Below are positions 62,200 through 64,000 of a stretch of 64,000 nucleotides of DNA, piece after piece (position 1 is the first letter of the stretch; the number at the start of each line of letters is the position of its first letter). The notes beneath the pieces are model-generated. The model was not told the origin of the DNA, searched no databases, and was given only the letters and a program-made list of their open reading frames with translations. Made by a program: the position numbers and the translations under genes. Source of the DNA: Mobula hypostoma. Taxonomy: Eukaryota. The DNA lies in the NCBI RefSeq assembly GCF_963921235.1, contig NC_086106.1:24862001-24926000 (forward strand). The letters are read 5' to 3'.

Positions 62200-63612
62200 G
62201 CGTGAGACTCTCATGCTCAGGTCTGTGAAGTCCGTATTCCGGTTCACGGATTGGTCCATCGACCCTTGCTCCAGGTTTTTCTGTCTATCCTGTTTCTGTT
62301 CTTGTTGAGCTAACTAAGTCAGCTGATGTTCATTGGGGCTGGCTGCATGCATACCTTCAGACAAGGGCGTGGCTGCTGTATTGTTCTCGTCCTTACTCAA
62401 TGTATCCCTTCCTCTACCTTTTGTTTCCTTGCCTGAAGCCCTGCTTTGTCTTGCCGGTAACTCTCGCAACGCTTGAAGTTCTCTTCTCGCCTTGCATTGC
62501 CTGAGGCCGTGCCTTGTCTGTCTGGTAACACTCGCCTCGTCTCGCCTGCAGTTTTGCCCTGGAACCACCCTGTACCTAGTCCCTTCCTGTTCCTTGTCTC
62601 CGTCAGGTAAGCCAGGCCGTCTCGCCGTTGCCTGCGGTTGGTTCTGTCCCTTCCTGTCCCATGCCTTCGTCGGGTGGTGAACCGCGCTCTGCCCAGGAGT
62701 ACCGCGCCCTGACCAGTAGTACCGAGCCCTGACCAGCAGTACCGCGCTCTGCCCAGGTGAACGGCGCCCTGCCCCGGAGGACCCTACCTAGCTTCAAGCC
62801 TGAAGACTGCAGCCTCCTTCCTAGCCTCAAGCCCGAGGATTCCAGCCTCGCCTGAAGTCTCCGGCCTAGCCTCAAGCCTGAGGACTGCAGCCTCATGCCT
62901 AGCCTCAAGACTCCAGCCTCCAGCCTCGCCTCAAGTCTCCTGCTTCCAACTTTGCCTCGCCTCAAAACTCACGCCTGCAGCCTTCAGCCTCAACTCTCTT
63001 GCCTCCAGCCTCCAGACTCGCCTCGCCTCGTCTCTAGCCTCCTGCAAGCCTCGCCTCAAGTCTCTAGCCTCCTGCAAGCCTCGCCTCAAGTCTGTAGCCT
63101 CCTGCCGAGCCTCGCCTCAAATATCTAGCCTCCTGCCAAGCCTCGCGTTGTCTCTAGCCTCCTGCCAAGCCTTGCCTCAAGTCTCTCTCTTCCTATCAAG
63201 CCTCGGCACGTCTCCTGCTCCTGTCAAGCCTCGCCTCGTCTCCTGCCTCCTGATAAGCCTCGCTTCATGTCTCCTGCCTCCCCCAAGCCTCGCCTCAAGT
63301 CTCTTGCCTCCTGCCAAACCTCACCTAAAGCCTCTCGCCTCCAGCCAAGCCTCCCGTCAAGTTTCTAGACTCCAGCCTCGTCCTGCCTGCCAGTCAAGCC
63401 TCGCGCCGGCCTCGTTCTTTGGTCCGAGCCAGAGGCAAGACCCAGGTACTGGATCCTTGTCCAGTCTCTGGCTCGGAGTCCAAGCCCGGGCTCCTAGCTC
63501 TTCTGTCCAGTCCTGTTCCGGTTTCCCGGTTTTCCTATCTATGTCCTTGCCATCGCCCTGTATCCTAGTCCTGTACCTAGTACTTCAGTGTCTGTGTTTT
63601 GCACTTCGGTCT
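62200..63612 (+). mobile_element. Gypsy-B-like LTR with internal ~30-nt tandem repeats
   Basis: 3' end gtacttcagtgtctgtgttttgcac matches the reverse complement of 4520/20100; gcctcgcctcaagtctctagcctcctgcaa units. Confidence 0.65.
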
Positions 63613-64000
63613 TGGAGTATTGTGTACAGTTTTGGTCACCGAATTATAGGAAAGATGTCAACAAAATTAAGAGAGTAGAGGGAATGTTTACCAGAATGTT
63701 ACGTGGCTTTCATCTCCTAAGTTAGAGAGCAAGATTGAACAAGTTGGGTCTTAACTCTTTGGAACATAGAACGTTAAGGGAGAACTTGATAGAGGTATTT
63801 AAAATCATGAGTGGTTAAGATAGAGTTGACGTGGATAGTTTTTTTTTCGATTGAGTGTGGGGGAGATTCAAACAAGAGGATATGAGTTGAGAGTTAAAGG
63901 GCAAAATATTAAGAGTAACATGAGGGGTAACGTCTTTACTCAGAGACTAGAAAGAGCTTTCAGCAGAAGTGGCTGGGGCAGATTCTATGTTGTCATTTAA

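Larger units (their letters stand above)
57660..64000 (+). mobile_element. Long CR1 (ORF1 esterase plus ORF2) fragmented by three insertions
   Basis: VVRDSILKGSDRRFC..CLPGARVRD esterase; EN and RT motifs resume after each insert. Confidence 0.85.

Noticed and set aside
63148-63678. 176-aa S/L/P-rich ORF (and 62603-62965, 62895-63128)
   Set aside because: Translation of LTR-internal tandem repeats

Overview
Repeat-dense vertebrate genomic DNA, almost certainly from a cartilaginous fish (inferred from the antigen-receptor cassette and CR1-dominated repeats). The window has a 312-N assembly gap at 882-1193. The only host-gene locus I can support is a complete but pseudogenised NAR-TCR-type cassette at 43794-46546. 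It runs leader, IgNAR-like V lacking CDR2 (22-RSS), candidate D (12/12 RSS), J (23-RSS), then a leaderless supporting TCR-delta-like V (23-RSS) followed by a second tandem 23-RSS. The NAR-like V has a frameshift and the supporting V an in-frame stop. The rest is mobile DNA. A four-level nest (CR1 > minus-strand Gypsy > class I ERV > CR1 plus Gmr1-like Gypsy) spans about 3.7-22.6 kb. Other elements are further CR1, Rex-Babar, Vingi-like, BEL/Pao and Penelope-like copies (two with hammerhead remnants), SINEs, solo LTRs and a 1.5-kb inverted duplication. The ERV leader carries two covarying 69-nt stem-loop modules between the splice donor and gag. All calls come from hand inspection; no database searches were run, and TE boundaries without a stated TSD are approximate.
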